The notes under the pieces: model-generated | The model's input: the letters and a program-made list of their open reading frames with translations, nothing else | Databases searched by the model: none | Told to the model about the DNA's origin: nothing | Assembly (NCBI GenBank): GCA_048013815.1 | Contig: CM106585.1 | Location: 4,588,001 to 4,652,000 of the forward strand | Direction of reading: 5' to 3' | Origin: Setoptus koraiensis | Lineage: Eukaryota; Animalia; Arthropoda | DNA: 64,000 bases | Program-made: the position numbers and the translations under genes | Shown here: one piece after another, positions 36,101 to 49,100 of the stretch | Layout of the letters: every line of letters starts with the position of its first letter | Numbering within the stretch: the stretch's first letter is position 1

Positions 36101-37090
36101 GCCATGGTAATGGTTGCCACAGTTGGCTACAGTGGTGTGTCGGCTGTTGGCCGTGGTTGTATTCTGCTGTTGCCCTGGTAACTGAGGTTCGTTGCATCGG
36201 ACACAACACTGGCAACATGATTAAATAAGTATGTAATAAGTATAAATAAGTAGCCCCGGTGAGCGGGACATAATTAGGCGTCATTGTGCCGGGTGGCTCT
36301 TGTTTGACTGTTGGTTTGCGACGAGAAGGAGATGAGTGAGATAAGTGAGAGATAATGAGATGGGGCCGCAAAGAGCGCCGGCGTGTATTATTTAATAGAT
36401 TGAAATTAAATTAGATTTTGCCATTTGGAAATTGTCTAGATGGCGGGACAAGTTTTAAGCGACCAGCGAGTTATACCATGAAGTTATACAAAAGTCACAT
36501 CATTTGCTTTGGGGTCAGCGCTTGTAAATTGCCGATTGCAAATTGTGATGAGAATGGCGCTCGCAGTGCCGGCCGGCCGGCCGGTCGGCTCCATTACCAT
36601 GATGATAGCCACTATCACACTATTAGACAACTGCTGCGGTACGTGACGCGAGCAAATATCGCATGACACAACAACTTTTAATTCGTCTCAATTGCACCAG
36701 CGTGTTAAGCGTTCAAACAAGCGAGCCAGTAAATTTAATAACGAATGAATAGTGGCCATTGTATAATCAGATAATTGTTATACGTTGTCGTGTGTGCCAG
36801 CCGAGGTTCGGTGAGTGGGGCCAGCGTGAGAGGCCAGGGCGAGAGGCCAGCGCGAGGGGCCGGCGCGCGAGGCCAGCGCGAGAGGCGAGAGCAGGGAAAA
36901 ACAGAGATAGTAAATTAATAAATAGGACCACTTTGTTTGCGCTTTGTTCGTCGTAACAAAATTAAAATTACTCGCCCATAATCGTAATTATCATGATAGT
37001 AATAGCCTGCAGGTAGCGGTGAATTTTTCACATGTCACATTGCGTCGCGTTGTGCGCTTTTAGGGGCCGCACAAGCGAACGGGAAGCGCG

Positions 37091-37164
37091 CCAAAAATTC
37101 ACTTTGGCCGAAATAGGCCGAAATTGGCCGAAGTTGGCCGAAATTGGCCAAAGTGAAATTTTGG
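37091..37164. repeat. Miniature fold-back element: inverted arms around a 10-bp GGCCGAAAT(A/T) tandem array
   Basis: TTCACTTTGGCC (37098-37109) and GGCCAAAGTGAA (37146-37157) are perfect reverse complements; the outer flanks pair imperfectly. Confidence 0.7.
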
Positions 37165-37458
37165 GGCCCGAAAAATTGCCGAGGCGCTCGAAAAATGACG
37201 CTGATTGATTGTTCGGCGCGGCGGGCCAAATTATGATATGATTCGAGCGACTCGAGCGACAGATGACAGATGGAGCAGCGGCGAAAAGCCTTCGCTGATG
37301 CTGCATCCGCATATTGCGACCGGTGAAAAAAGAAAAAACACAACAGCAAAAATAAATATAATGCCACTTACATGTTACATAACACAATCATGGAGTAATA
37401 AGCGACTAACAGATATGACAACATCAGCAATCAGCTATTCATCGATCAAAGCGGGCCC

Positions 37459-37492
<34 letters not shown>

Positions 37493-38912
37493 ACGTAACT
37501 CGATACAGGCCAATCCCACATCCAATTACCAATGTTTTGTTTGTGCGGTTGTTTGCGGGCAAGCGCGTGAGTTTTGCGCGCGTTGCGAGCCGGCCAAAAA
37601 CAATAACTAATGTGCAATTATTATTCAATTTCGGCCATTCATACATGCGTTGGTATATATATGATAATAATATGTGTATATATTATGTAATAAGCGCGTG
37701 GATTGTGTGTGTGTGTGTCCGGTTAGTATTCGCAACGCTATAGCAACCGAGCAATGTCGCCCAAAATGAATGACATTGGTGGGTTGCACGTGCCCGTTGT
37801 GGCGCTCGCAACAGCGCGTGCTGTTGTTCATCAACGTAATTCGGACGGACTAAATTAAGTAATTAACTAGCTTCATGAGCAGCGTTAGCGTACTGGCGTG
37901 GCCAGCGAGCCTTATTCAATTCAATAAGATCCAATTTAATAACAATAACGATGCCCGCCAGCCTCAATGATAATGATAATGTAATAACTAATTTGGGTTT
38001 GCAATCGCTTTTGTCCATCGTCCGTATTCGAGCAACATTGAATAAATGGACACACTAATTGCAATGGTCAATTTTGCGCTTGTCGCCGTGCCATTCTATC
38101 TGTGTCATATGCACGTTGCGCAAGAGCTCGCCATACGACACGGGCAACATATATGACATAACATGGCACGGCCAGGGGACAACAAAACTGTCAAATCTTT
38201 GCCGTCCAGTTGCTGTCTAGTCGCTGTCCAGTTGCTGTCTGGTCAGCTGCTCGTGCAAAACACTGTGCGCGCCCTCACAAATAGACAGGTGAGCACGTGT
38301 ACGTGTAACGTTTTTTGGTGTGTCATGCATTTAGATGTAATAATAATAATAACAACAATAATGTTATTATTCATGACTGTCTATTGGCGCTGTCTGAGAC
38401 CGTCTGACAAACCGTTGCGAGTTGTGAGTCAGACGGCGCTGCAATTGTGCAAATGCCACCACCGCGCGCCGCTTGCACACTGATCAAGACGACGATTTTC
38501 GTTACACATATTTATTCACATCATGATACTTGCGATATTACATAACATTTCCATGGGCATTCATTTCGTGAACTAAAATTGTCGCTGCACAGCTCGACGT
38601 TGCTCGAATTACGTAACCGTTGGCCAGATACCTGCGCGGTTGGTATCTGTAACTGGTGGCTGCAACTGCTTCCTGTTCAGGCCACTGTTTTGCGATTGTA
38701 GTACTGCCAATGGACGAAAGATGGACTCACATCGCTTGCGATCACTTATCAAACTTGGTATCTTGCGCGGGGGCCAGCGCGATTGTGGGCACCACATGCA
38801 TTGCAGGCCGTTTTATAGGCTGCTGAATGGGCGATTAATGAGCGCTTGCGACAACAATTGATCTGACAGAAGGATTAGAGAGCCAATTAGGCAACCTAAT
38901 TGAGATGTGATT

Positions 38913-38913
<1 letters not shown>

Positions 38914-38977
<64 letters not shown>
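38914..38977. repeat. (GT)32 microsatellite
   Basis: Read directly from sequence. Confidence 0.97.
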
Positions 38978-38981
<4 letters not shown>

Positions 38982-41900
38982 GGGGAAAGAGAGAGATAAT
39001 TGTGGCCTGCGCGGCGATAAAACAATAATCTACTTACTGCATCCATTGTGAGCCCATTCCAATTGTGCTCTGGCAATAAATGTAGTTCAGTTCCAAAATC
39101 GACCGCTCGCACTATATTCGCACCATCTAATCGATACTGTACAACATTTGCGGCAATGGAATTACGTAATTACACTGCTGATGTCTAGTGGGTGGTGTTG
39201 TCGACAATTGGCCGGCCAATGATGGACAGAACAAAGAGACAACGACGCAAAACAATCTGGAGCAAGCAATGCCAACATTGACAGCAAGCCAGCGAGCGAT
39301 CACAACAGCGACAGCAGCAGCCAACGGAGGCCAACAAATGACCACAACAACCTGTGGATGGTCGCTTTTTTGCCTCTCGACTTTTCTGATCTGGATCTCT
39401 TCTGACTTTTTTACGTTTTTTGCTCGGCCGTTTTATTTGTTCATTCACTCATTCATTCATTCAGTCGCCTCTTGGCTCTGCAATGCGCCAGCTCCACTCA
39501 ACATGGCCGACCTGCAATCGAATCAGAGTATAAATCGGATTGGTCAGTCCCAAGTCGCAATTGGCAATTCGCTGGCAAATGCCAGCAGACGCTTGTAAAG
39601 AAAACGGCCTCGTTGCAGTTGAAATATCTCGTTTGCGGCACAGCAAACAAGCCAGAATTTGCATCTCATGTGAACAAGACAATGCATTCGCAAAATCAAT
39701 TACAAGTCTCAACTCAAGACTCTCATGAGATCACTCGCCGCTCGCTGTAACAATGACAATCTATTTTGATTGTACCTAGGTATAGCTCATTACGCAAATG
39801 GAAAAGAGTGCTAATTAAATAGCTCAGACTTGGCTTCGGCTAGAGCTATTTCGGCTCTCGTTTCTTCGCGCATCTCGACTCGTTTTATATAGATGAGGCG
39901 ACTGAGTTGGCATAGTTGGCAGGTTTTAGGTTTGTCAATTGCCAGACTAATATACAATTTTTGCCAACATGGAGCAACTGCTCATCAGCGCTCTAATATA
40001 CACAATATCATAAACACACCACACTGCGACGAGCGCTCTGCGAAGGCCTCGAGAGTCTTCGCTTTGTGCATCTCCCCCTTGCATCTTCTCTTCGCATCTT
40101 CTCTGCATCGTCTCTTCGCATCTTCTCTGCATCTTCTCTTTGCATCTGTTTCTAGCTGGCCCAACATTTCCGAGCGGGGCTAAAAATTTGCCCGCCCGCC
40201 AAAGGACAGTCGCTAGTATTGAGATAACTTGAGATGCTGGTTGGCAAAAATATTTTTGTCGGGCTGGTTTGCCGAGAACCAGTCCAAAAACCGCACTGAT
40301 TAGAGAGCGTCAGTGTCGGAATGGGTGAAAGATGGGTCTCGATGGAACAATTTCGATTGAATGATCGATTGGCGGTCAGTTCCAAAATTAATTAATTCAA
40401 TATTTGGAGTGCATTTGTTCGCATGTGTAAGTGGCGGATATTCGTTATGATAACGACGTTATCACTGCACCATTGTGCAGTAATAGCAAATATACGCCAG
40501 GCAATAATAATAGTAGTTGTTGCAAGCCAACCGACAACGGCACTGACCATAATTGACCATTGAGCTGACAACATTTCGACACAATTGCGAGCGCCACCAA
40601 CAGAGCACAGTGGACACAATGGACCGCTGGCTTGCCGGAGAACTCGCATAATCCGATTGCAACTCATAACTTGCATCTTGCATCTCGCATCCTGCGTCTT
40701 GCACCTTGCATCTTGTGACTGACAACGTACGTTGCACCACACCGAGAGACAAGTGCAATCTGGTGCATCTCAATGCCAGGTAATGGAGATAATGGAGTGT
40801 TTGTGTGTCGTGCTCAGGAGCGCGTATAAATTACAATTTGCAGCGACCGAAGCCAGCATCGTGTGCGCGGATATCGCATGTTGGTAGCCACGGGGATAAT
40901 ATCATATCATATCATATTTTGGCTGGCAGCTTGTGTTGTTTGTTGGCCGTTCGACTCGGACACTCGGGCACTCGGGACGACACACACAACCAGCAACTGG
41001 ACCAACTGACCAGCGACAACGACCGGCGCTGGTCAGTTGACGCCAGCGCCAGCGTTTCGGGTGATGGATGGCCGAAATTGGCGCCGAAAATAAGTGCAAG
41101 TGTGTAAACAAGTGTAACAAGTGTGCAGTAGTCAGTAGTTTTTTTGCGTGCTACAATTCAATTGAGTGCGGCCACTGCCGCACACTCCGCACACTCGGCT
41201 CACCCGAGCTCACCTGGGCTGGCTGTCAGTGGGCAGCGGCCGGCCCAGCTGAGCGCCGTCAGTGGGCAGTCAATTGAATAAATAGAGTAAACAGTGCGCG
41301 AGGTGGCTCCAGGGGCCGCCGGTCAGTTGGCCGGTTGGCCGGTTGGCCGGTTGGCCGGTTGGTCGGTCGGCTGATGGCGACAACGCGCTCGACAATGCGG
41401 ACACATGCGCGCCATTAAATAAATAATGACGCGCGCGAGCACGTGAAACAACAAGTGCACCGGCGGCGCTCATTATCTGGCACGGTTGGCATTGTTGTCA
41501 TTGTTGTCGCCGGTGTCGTTGTCGTTGTCGCTGTTGTTGTCGTTGTTGTCGCTGGTGTCATTATCATTGTTGTGCCAGTTGCAGCGCACAGGCGAGGGCC
41601 AGTTAGCCGCAGCCATTCGATCATGTGTCGCCAATTGCGGTCATTACAGGTGATTATCGTGATATAAACACGACAAATAAACTGACATTGCGAGACGAAA
41701 CGAGACGCCCGCGTCGCTGTCGCCGTTGTCCGCCGTTGTTGCTTCGGTTGCTGTTGGCTCGGTTGTTGTTGCTTCGGTTGCCGTTGTTGTCGCTGCTTCG
41801 GTTGTTGCTGTTGTTGTCGCTGTCGATGTGGCTCGAGTCGATGTGGCTCGAGTCGAGTGGCCAGAGCGCCGGACAAGTGGACACTGTGTGTTATGTTTAT

Positions 41901-43170
41901 TACGGCCGCATAAACAGCAATTTTCTCTGCTGTGTGTGGCTCAATTCACACAAAGGACCCTCCATTCATGGCCATTGCAGCCGGCGGGGCCGGCGTTATT
42001 AGCGCACGGTATCGGCTTATTACACACATGCCCGAGTATTATTATTGACGGGCGCATTATCGTGCACCATTGATGCCATTGCGCCATTGCGCCAGTGCAC
42101 CATTGCACCATTGCACCATTGATGCCGTTGATGCGGGCGGGCGCAGGCCAATCGATCAGCGAGCAACAAGCGGCCAACAGGTAGGTGGTGCAAGTGGTGC
42201 AAGTGGTGCACAAACAACGCGGTAATTGACGGCACCGTCAAGCGTGAAAAGAATCCTAAATTATCTGTCGCAATGATATTATTGTTTGTGATGCCACATG
42301 CACTGACGTCTAGTTAGGGCTGATATCATATTGTCATATCAGTGGCTAATCGCTGTCCATTGTGCGTGTCGCGCCCGCAAATGCCATTGCTGTGCGCACC
42401 AATATCAGCGATGCGAGAGATTGCATCGTTGTCGTTGTCACCGCGCTGACCAGCTAGACGGTGCATGGATATTGTGCGGACGGTGCATGGACATTGTGCG
42501 GACGGTGCATGGATACTGCGTGGACGGTGCATGGACATTGTGCGGACGGTGCATGGATATTGTGCGCATGTTGTGCGAATGCCAATGTTCACAAATGTCG
42601 CCATCGGTGCAGAGTGTAGAAGTGTGTGTGTGTGTTGCAAATTTGAAATGACCACCAACATTGAGCGCAACTTGTCAATGGACGGCCAGTAATTTCGGTA
42701 ATGGGCCGAAATCGCATTGGCTCGGTGGCGCTCTTATAAATAGCGTATATTGCATATTGTCATTCAGGTATATTCCATTATAGAGATAATGCTTATTACT
42801 CGCTGCTGCTAATGTCATTTCCAGCCACCGCCGACTCGGCCCGAGACGCCCGAACTGCATGCAGCCCGACAATTACATTGGAATAAAATTGGAATGATCG
42901 CAATGATGCAATTTCGGCATAATACCAATCTAATTCCAATGTGACTCAAACACACATTATACCCGATGTACCCGACCTGCCCGATGTACCCGACGTGCCC
43001 GGTGTGCCCGACGTGCCCGATGCACCCGGTGTGTGTACAACGGGCAAATGACAGGACAATGACGGCGATCAATGTGAAATCAGGGTGAATCGCAGACTGT
43101 GATGCAATCACAGCCACTGTGGCCAGTGACAACGAGCCACCCAGCTAGCCGTTGTGGCACAGCGGCGCTA

Positions 43171-43247
43171 GATCGCGGCACAGTCGCGCCAGATCGCGGC
43201 ACAGTCGCGCCAGATCGCGGCACAATCGCGCCGGATCGCGGCACAGT
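43171..43247. repeat. Tandem 21-mer (GATCGCGGCACAGTCGCGCCA) x ~3.7
   Basis: Units start at 43171, 43192, 43213 and 43234. Confidence 0.9.
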
Positions 43248-43490
43248 TTGCAGCCTTTGTGGCGCGCCCCTTCCATTCGCATTATTTTTGAGCAGACTGC
43301 CCAAAACAGGCTGCAAAAGGGCGAACATGCGCATCAATGCCACCTATTGTGCAGTGCACCATGGGTACTGTTGCATCAACGCTCAGGCGCCACTCAGGTG
43401 CACCGTGGGTCGTTACCTGCGCATAATGAGCGCAGTGTGCGCTCGGCTTGCATGTGCCAAGTTGGAACAGACTTGTGGAGCTGGCCTATA

Positions 43491-43578
43491 TCGGTGTATA
43501 TCGGTGCATGTCGGTGCATGTCGGTGCATGTCGGTGCATGTCGGTGCATGTCGGTGCATGTCGGTGTGTGTCGGTGTG
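43491..43578. repeat. Tandem 10-mer (TCGGTGCATG) x ~9
   Basis: Six perfect units at 43501-43560 plus variant flanking units. Confidence 0.95.
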
Positions 43579-43704
43579 GCTGGCGGGCCGGCGACTTGTT
43601 GACGGGCCGATGGGTCGGTCGCGCATTCGTTCAGCCGACCAACGGCCTAACAAGCGCACTTTACATTCCGATTGCGTCACATGATCGCGCAGCGTTGATA
43701 GACA

Positions 43705-43766
43705 ATGGCCGAGCGGCCTATAATGGCCGGCCTGCCTAATGGCCGCTCGATGGCCGCTCAATGGCC
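43705..43766. promoter_or_regulatory. Cluster of five ATGGCCG motifs (reverse strand CGGCCAT, matching the PHO/YY1 CNGCCAT core); candidate Polycomb response element
   Basis: Motifs at 43705, 43723, 43739, 43750 and 43761, ~1.2 kb upstream of the homeobox exon. Function is inferred. Confidence 0.3.
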
Positions 43767-44741
43767 GCTGCTGCCGCCGCTCGGGCTCGACGCGGAGCTT
43801 CGTTTGGTGGGTTTGTGGCCGCTGCTTGGAGCCAACAACAAGTGGGCCACGCATCAGTGCGCCCTAATATAGACTCGATTGACCACCTTGATTGAATTTT
43901 TGGCCTGGCGATGCGCTGGCCGGCCAAACCGAATTTGAGCGGCCGCCGCCGAACATGGAGTGTCGCTGGTCGGAAGCTCGCCTGGCCGCGGCTGCCCACC
44001 GCACCGCTGTCTTGGCTTCTTTTTTGCCCGGCCGGCCGGCCGGCCGGCCAAATGGAGCAGTGCGCGCGGTGCGGCCAATGTTGGCTTCATCGAGCTTGCG
44101 CAACAGCCAGCGGATAATAATAGCCCACAACAATAACCAGAAATAATAATAATAATAGATGCAATAATCATGTGTGCATTATGCCAACTTGCGCCGCATC
44201 GCGCCGCCAACCGGCACTTGAGTCATGGCTCGCTAAGTGACTCACTCAATCTCAATAATCCGATTGCCAGTGATTAGCGGGCTCGCCAATCATTATTATC
44301 GTCGTCGTCGTCGTCGGCGTCGTCGTCGTCGTCGTCGCTAAAATCCACGCAATTTGAAAGTTGAACTTTTTACAATTATCACACAATTAAAACACACTCG
44401 GCGGCGGGGTCACGCTCGTTGCGCGCACTGCGCACAAACGCCTTTTGGCATTCTTGGGCGAGTGCGCATGCGCGCCGCCGCAAATTTTCCACAATTTTCC
44501 TTCGCAATCGCCAGTGGCTGGTGTGTTGTGCAAACGAGCCACTTTATCGGCAACATTTGCACATTTGCCCAGAGAGAGACACACACACACACACAAAAAC
44601 ACAGGTAAATCTCGTCTTAAGTGCATCAGTTTCATCATCATCAGATAATGCCCATGATACATCCGCCATCCGATAGCTAGACACAGCGAGAGGCCCGCGC
44701 AAGAATTGACAGTCGTCGAAGCCGAGCCCAGCAAGAGCTCA

Positions 44742-44842
44742 CAGTCACCGAAAAGAACGCGAAAGTTGCCGAAGAGAACGCAAAAGTCGCCGAAAAGAAC
44801 GCAAAAGTCGCCGAAAAGAAGGCAAAAGTCACCGAAAAGAAC
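44742..44842. repeat. Tandem 21-mer (CCGAAAAGAACGCAAAAGTCG) x ~4.5
   Basis: CCG starts at 44748, 44769, 44790, 44811 and 44832. Confidence 0.9.
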
Positions 44843-44965
44843 AAGACGACGCGAACAAGAGCCCAACCGTCGCGTTAGCAGTCATTGTCATCGGCAGTTA
44901 TTAGTTATTAGTGCAGTTATTAGTGCACATTGTCAGTGTGCGACGACACGACCAACAGGCCCGAA

Positions 44966-45162
44966 ATGCACAGTCACCACCAGTCGCCCCTGTACCATGG
45001 AACACATGGCACGCAGCATCATCATCACATACCCGGCGGTGGCAATCACGATCATTATCCGCGCCGCAAGCAGCGCCGGTACCGGACCACGTTCAGCAGT
45101 AGCCAACTGGAGGAGCTGGAGCGCGCCTTCACCAAGAGCCACTATCCCGACGTGTTCACCAG
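44966..45162 (+). CDS. al: Aristaless/Arx-like Q50 paired-class homeobox gene, first identified coding exon (His-rich N-terminus plus homeodomain to ...YPDVFTR)
   Basis: Translates MHSHHQ...[32 protein letters not shown](R); donor accAG|GTGAGT (phase 2). [10 protein letters not shown] is characteristic of the aristaless/Arx group. A further upstream exon is possible (acceptor-like caacAG at 44957-44958). Confidence 0.88.
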
Positions 45163-46033
45163 GTGAGTTGTTTATTGCAACCTTGTTAGCTTGAGTTACC
45201 CATTGCGAGTTGAGTGCGAGTTGAGCGCGAGTTCATTGTGAGTTGAGCGCCGATTCGGCCGGCCTCGGGCCGGCCCGCCGAGCCGGGTGTCCGCTGCGTA
45301 TCGGCTGTCACCGCGATAATGATGCTGTCAGCGCCATCATTGACTGTCATTATTGACTGTCATGCGCGCATTATCCGCGCATGATGCTCCCCTTAATACC
45401 GCATTACCCGGCGCTGTCCGGCGCTGTCCGGCGCTGTCCGGTGCCCAGTGCCGGACGACAGCCACGACACAGGCAATAGAGGCAACACAGGTAATAGAGA
45501 GACAAACAAGGTTATCATCAAGATGTCAACTTGATCGCGGCCACTTGCAATTAGCTCACGTGTGTCCGGCTCGGACGCCTCTTACCTGTGCCAACTGTGT
45601 AATTTGCGACAGTGTCCGTCTGTGCGTCGTTTGTTTGTCTAAACGCCGCCGCCGCCGCCCGCTCCGGCCGCTAGGTGGTCGATCGGTGCCCGCTAATAGA
45701 GCTGACAGCGCTAATGGCGCGCATAGCGGTGCACAGACAACAAACAAACGACCAGCGAACCGACGAGCCAACGGACCGACGAACCGACGGACCAACAAAC
45801 AAACAAACGCTGCCCAATTAGCTCGCGACACGCCCGCATAATTGTTTGTTTTGTGTCGGTCGGTCAGTGGCTCGATCGGCGGCTCGGTCGGCGGTCGGTC
45901 ATGCGGCCCGAAAATTGACACAATGAGTGGCTGGCACAAGTTGCAAAGTCGTCGGAACTAGCGACGCCGGCCAGCGACCGAGCGAAAGCGAGCAGCGGTT
46001 TCCCGGCTTTTGTCCGGCTCGGCACGACCAACT

Positions 46034-46143
46034 GTGCCGAGGAGTAACGAAACATGCCGACGAGCGACGAAACGCGCCGATAAGCAACGAAACGTGCCGA
46101 TAAGCAACGAAATGTGCCGATAAGCAACGAAATGTGCCGATAA
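46034..46143. repeat. Tandem 20-mer (GCCGATAAGCAACGAAATGT) x ~5.3
   Basis: GCCGA recurs at 46036, 46056, 46076, 46096, 46116 and 46136. Confidence 0.92.
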
Positions 46144-49100
46144 ATGGCCGGCACGCCGAGCCGACTGTCTCAGCGACTCTGCCAACGGGCCCGTCCGACG
46201 GCCGTCGGGCCAGCCGAGCCCGGCTGGCAAGACGCTCCAAGCGGCGATTGTTTCGAGCGTTTCGAGTGTTTCGAGTGTGTTGCGGGTGTTTGAGTGTGTA
46301 TTTGTTTCAATTGTGCGCCCCGCCAGCGGAGCGATTGATTGTATTAGCCGTAATTGTGTGCCGAGTGCCCAAAAGAGCAGCAAACTGTTGGAATGGGCAG
46401 CCGAAATTGCTATCTGTTGTTGTGATCAATTGGCCACACGAACACGATTGCAGGTGAGATAAACAAGATTTGTTGTGCACTATTGGAAATGGCATTTTCA
46501 TTCATTATTGTCCTATGTCAGTCATTGTTGTAAATTGTTTCATGTATTACACAAATGGCGACCGCAAGCTCGCTGCGGTGCCATTTGCGAATGCGTCGCT
46601 TTTGGCGCGCTCTGCCTGATCGCCCGAATCAAACTGTTTCACCATCAAACTGTTTGATTATCAAGCTGTTTTATTATCAAACTGTTTGATTTGTTGTCCG
46701 GTTGGCTTAAACTAATCAGTGATTCACAAGTCATAAATTATAACTGATTTGTTAGAGCGACCGAGCAGCGAAAAGTGGCCGCTCGCTCCTCTGCGACTGG
46801 CCACTTGCGGCGCTCGGTGCGCCCGCGAGCACACCCACAGTGATCGCCCATTAACTATGCGCGTTTGGGCAGCAACGGCAACAACCGCCCCAACAGCAGC
46901 AACAACCTCCCCAACAGCACCAACAACTGCCCTAACAACGGCAACAACCGCGGCAACAACAGCAACAACGACAGCAACAACAAGAGCAATTGAGCTACTT
47001 GCGGCCAACAGCCGGCATTGTCGTGTGCGTGATTGATTGGCCATTCATTAGTGCGCCGGCGCTTGATTAAAAAATTTAATTTGCCTGTGGTCTAATTGCA
47101 CCTGTATGGCGCACACAAAGAAACGGAGCGGATATATAGAAATGATGCACAATTTGAGCAAGCAAGCTCGCCTCGAATTGAGTCTCGAATTGTGCCTGAG
47201 CAGCTTACGAGTAAGCAAATTAGCGCATGCAAATAATGCAAATAGCACACCACTGATACAATTGGCACAGTGATGTAATAGTTGTTATGTAATGTTGTTT
47301 GCATTGTACCGTTGGGCAACAAACAAATTTTATTCCATTATCATGCCATTATTATAGATGTGCGGCCGGTGCAGCCTGCGTGCAACAGGCGCACCGGCAA
47401 CGGCGACACCGGCAACAACGGCAACAACGACAACGACAGCAGCAACAGCAGCAACAACGGCAACAACAACGACAACAGCGACGGCAACAGGTGAGCGTCC
47501 AGTGCCGCTTGTGCGCAATCTAACAAATATCTAATCAAGGCATCTAATGAATGAGCCAGCGCTAATCTAATCTAAATTGGCCAATATGGCCAGATTAGAT
47601 CATGCGCAGATTGGACGCAGGGCCGGGCCTAATCAATTAGCCCTTCAATTAGCCGTGTTTGCTTGTCTTGCGCCGTGCCTCGTTGCGCCTCACCTGTCGT
47701 GCCTGTCGGCCAGTACGGCACTCACTTGTGAATGATTTTATCCTCGTTTTCCTCTCCATTCGGCCAGCCTTTCCCCGTGATTCGGCCAGCTTTTCTCCGC
47801 GATTCGGCCAGCTTTTCTCCATGATTCAACCAGCGGCCACTGCGCTCATGCGGCACTCGCACGGCGCTTGCGCTTCACTCGAGCGCAGTGGCTTGCGCGC
47901 AAATTGACCAATTGATCTAATCTGCCAATGTCTTCCGGTCAATTACTGGCGTGCGCGTCAACTGGTGGCCAGTGGCGGCCGAGCACGCGCATTCCTGCCG
48001 GCACATGAACCGGCCGCATGCATGTCGAATTGGCGTCTCGACGCTGGCGCAAAGCGCTGCCAAATGCTGCAAAAGCGCTGCCAAATGCTGCAAAAATGCT
48101 GCCAAATTGCCTATCAGATCAACGGAAAACGTTGAATAATCGCCGGCCAGCGCCCATCGCAGTCTGTGCTCGAGTCGGCGCATCAAGTGGCCCGACAACA
48201 ATGGCCCAATTAGGGCCAATCCAATTTGGCGGGCGAGCCGCGACCGATGCGGCCGCGACCACTGCGCCCGCCAGACGCGGCCCGTCCGATGCAGATTGGC
48301 CGCCGCAAGAAGCCGCACACCGCACACTCGAGAGCGCGCTCGCCCGAATGGCACTGCAACAAGTGTCAGATAAACGTCCGATTCTCTCGAAATTCGATCA
48401 ATTTTTGATGCGCCAAAAATGCCGATGAATGAATGCGCAAACCGTCGGGCACCGGCCGACAATCGCCACTTGGTCCACTTTTGAGCGAAAAGCGCTCACT
48501 CGCGCTCCCGATCAATTGGCGCCGGCGCGCATTGTTATCGGCCGGGCCGCTTGTTGTCGGCCGGGCCGCTTGTTGTGCGTCTATTGTCGGCCGGCTGGAA
48601 TCAATCCATTATTGCGTGTATATTGACAATTGTTCGCTTGTGTGCACTTGTTGCGGCTCACCTGTGCCGCCTCGAAACTGAATTGTGCGTGTGTGTTTGT
48701 GCGCATCGCCGTCGCAAAAGAATGCCGTTCCGACCGCCGGACCGCTGCGACAGCCCGACCGCTCCGATGGTTCCGACCGTCCGGCCGCCCGACCGCTCCG
48801 GCCGTTCGGCAGTGCCACCCAACGGTGCCATTCGGAGCCCGTCCGAGCGCGTTCGCACTTCCGCAGGCATTGCAGCGAGCGTTGCGGCGGCGGGTGCGTC
48901 GACCGCGCGAGAGGCGGCTACCCGCAGCGGCCTCTTGCGCGGCAGGCGAGACACAATCGAGCGGAGCGGACTAAATGGCTTGCCCGTAAGTGCGTTAGGC
49001 CAATTACAATGACAGCGAGCGACGGCCGAACCAGTGGAGCGGCGGCCGCCGACTGTCGGCTCAGTCAAGCCGAGATGCGGACCGCAGATAAGCGGGCGCA

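Noticed and set aside
39349-39448. Minus-strand ATG ORF with SV40-like NLS (PSKKRKKV)
   Set aside because: K/R richness follows from a T-rich plus-strand tract; the donor is weak and there is no partner exon.
41415-41876. Q/P/T-rich minus-strand ORF and similar poly-Q/L/C/V ORFs at 52.3-53.4 kb and 62.9-63.4 kb
   Set aside because: Direct translations of CAA/TTG microsatellites; all frames look equally low-complexity.
44706-44873. SPKR-repeat, histone-H1-like reading just upstream of the homeobox exon
   Set aside because: Produced by a 21-bp A-rich repeat in a different frame; joining it to the homeobox frame needs a very weak donor (GTCGCG).
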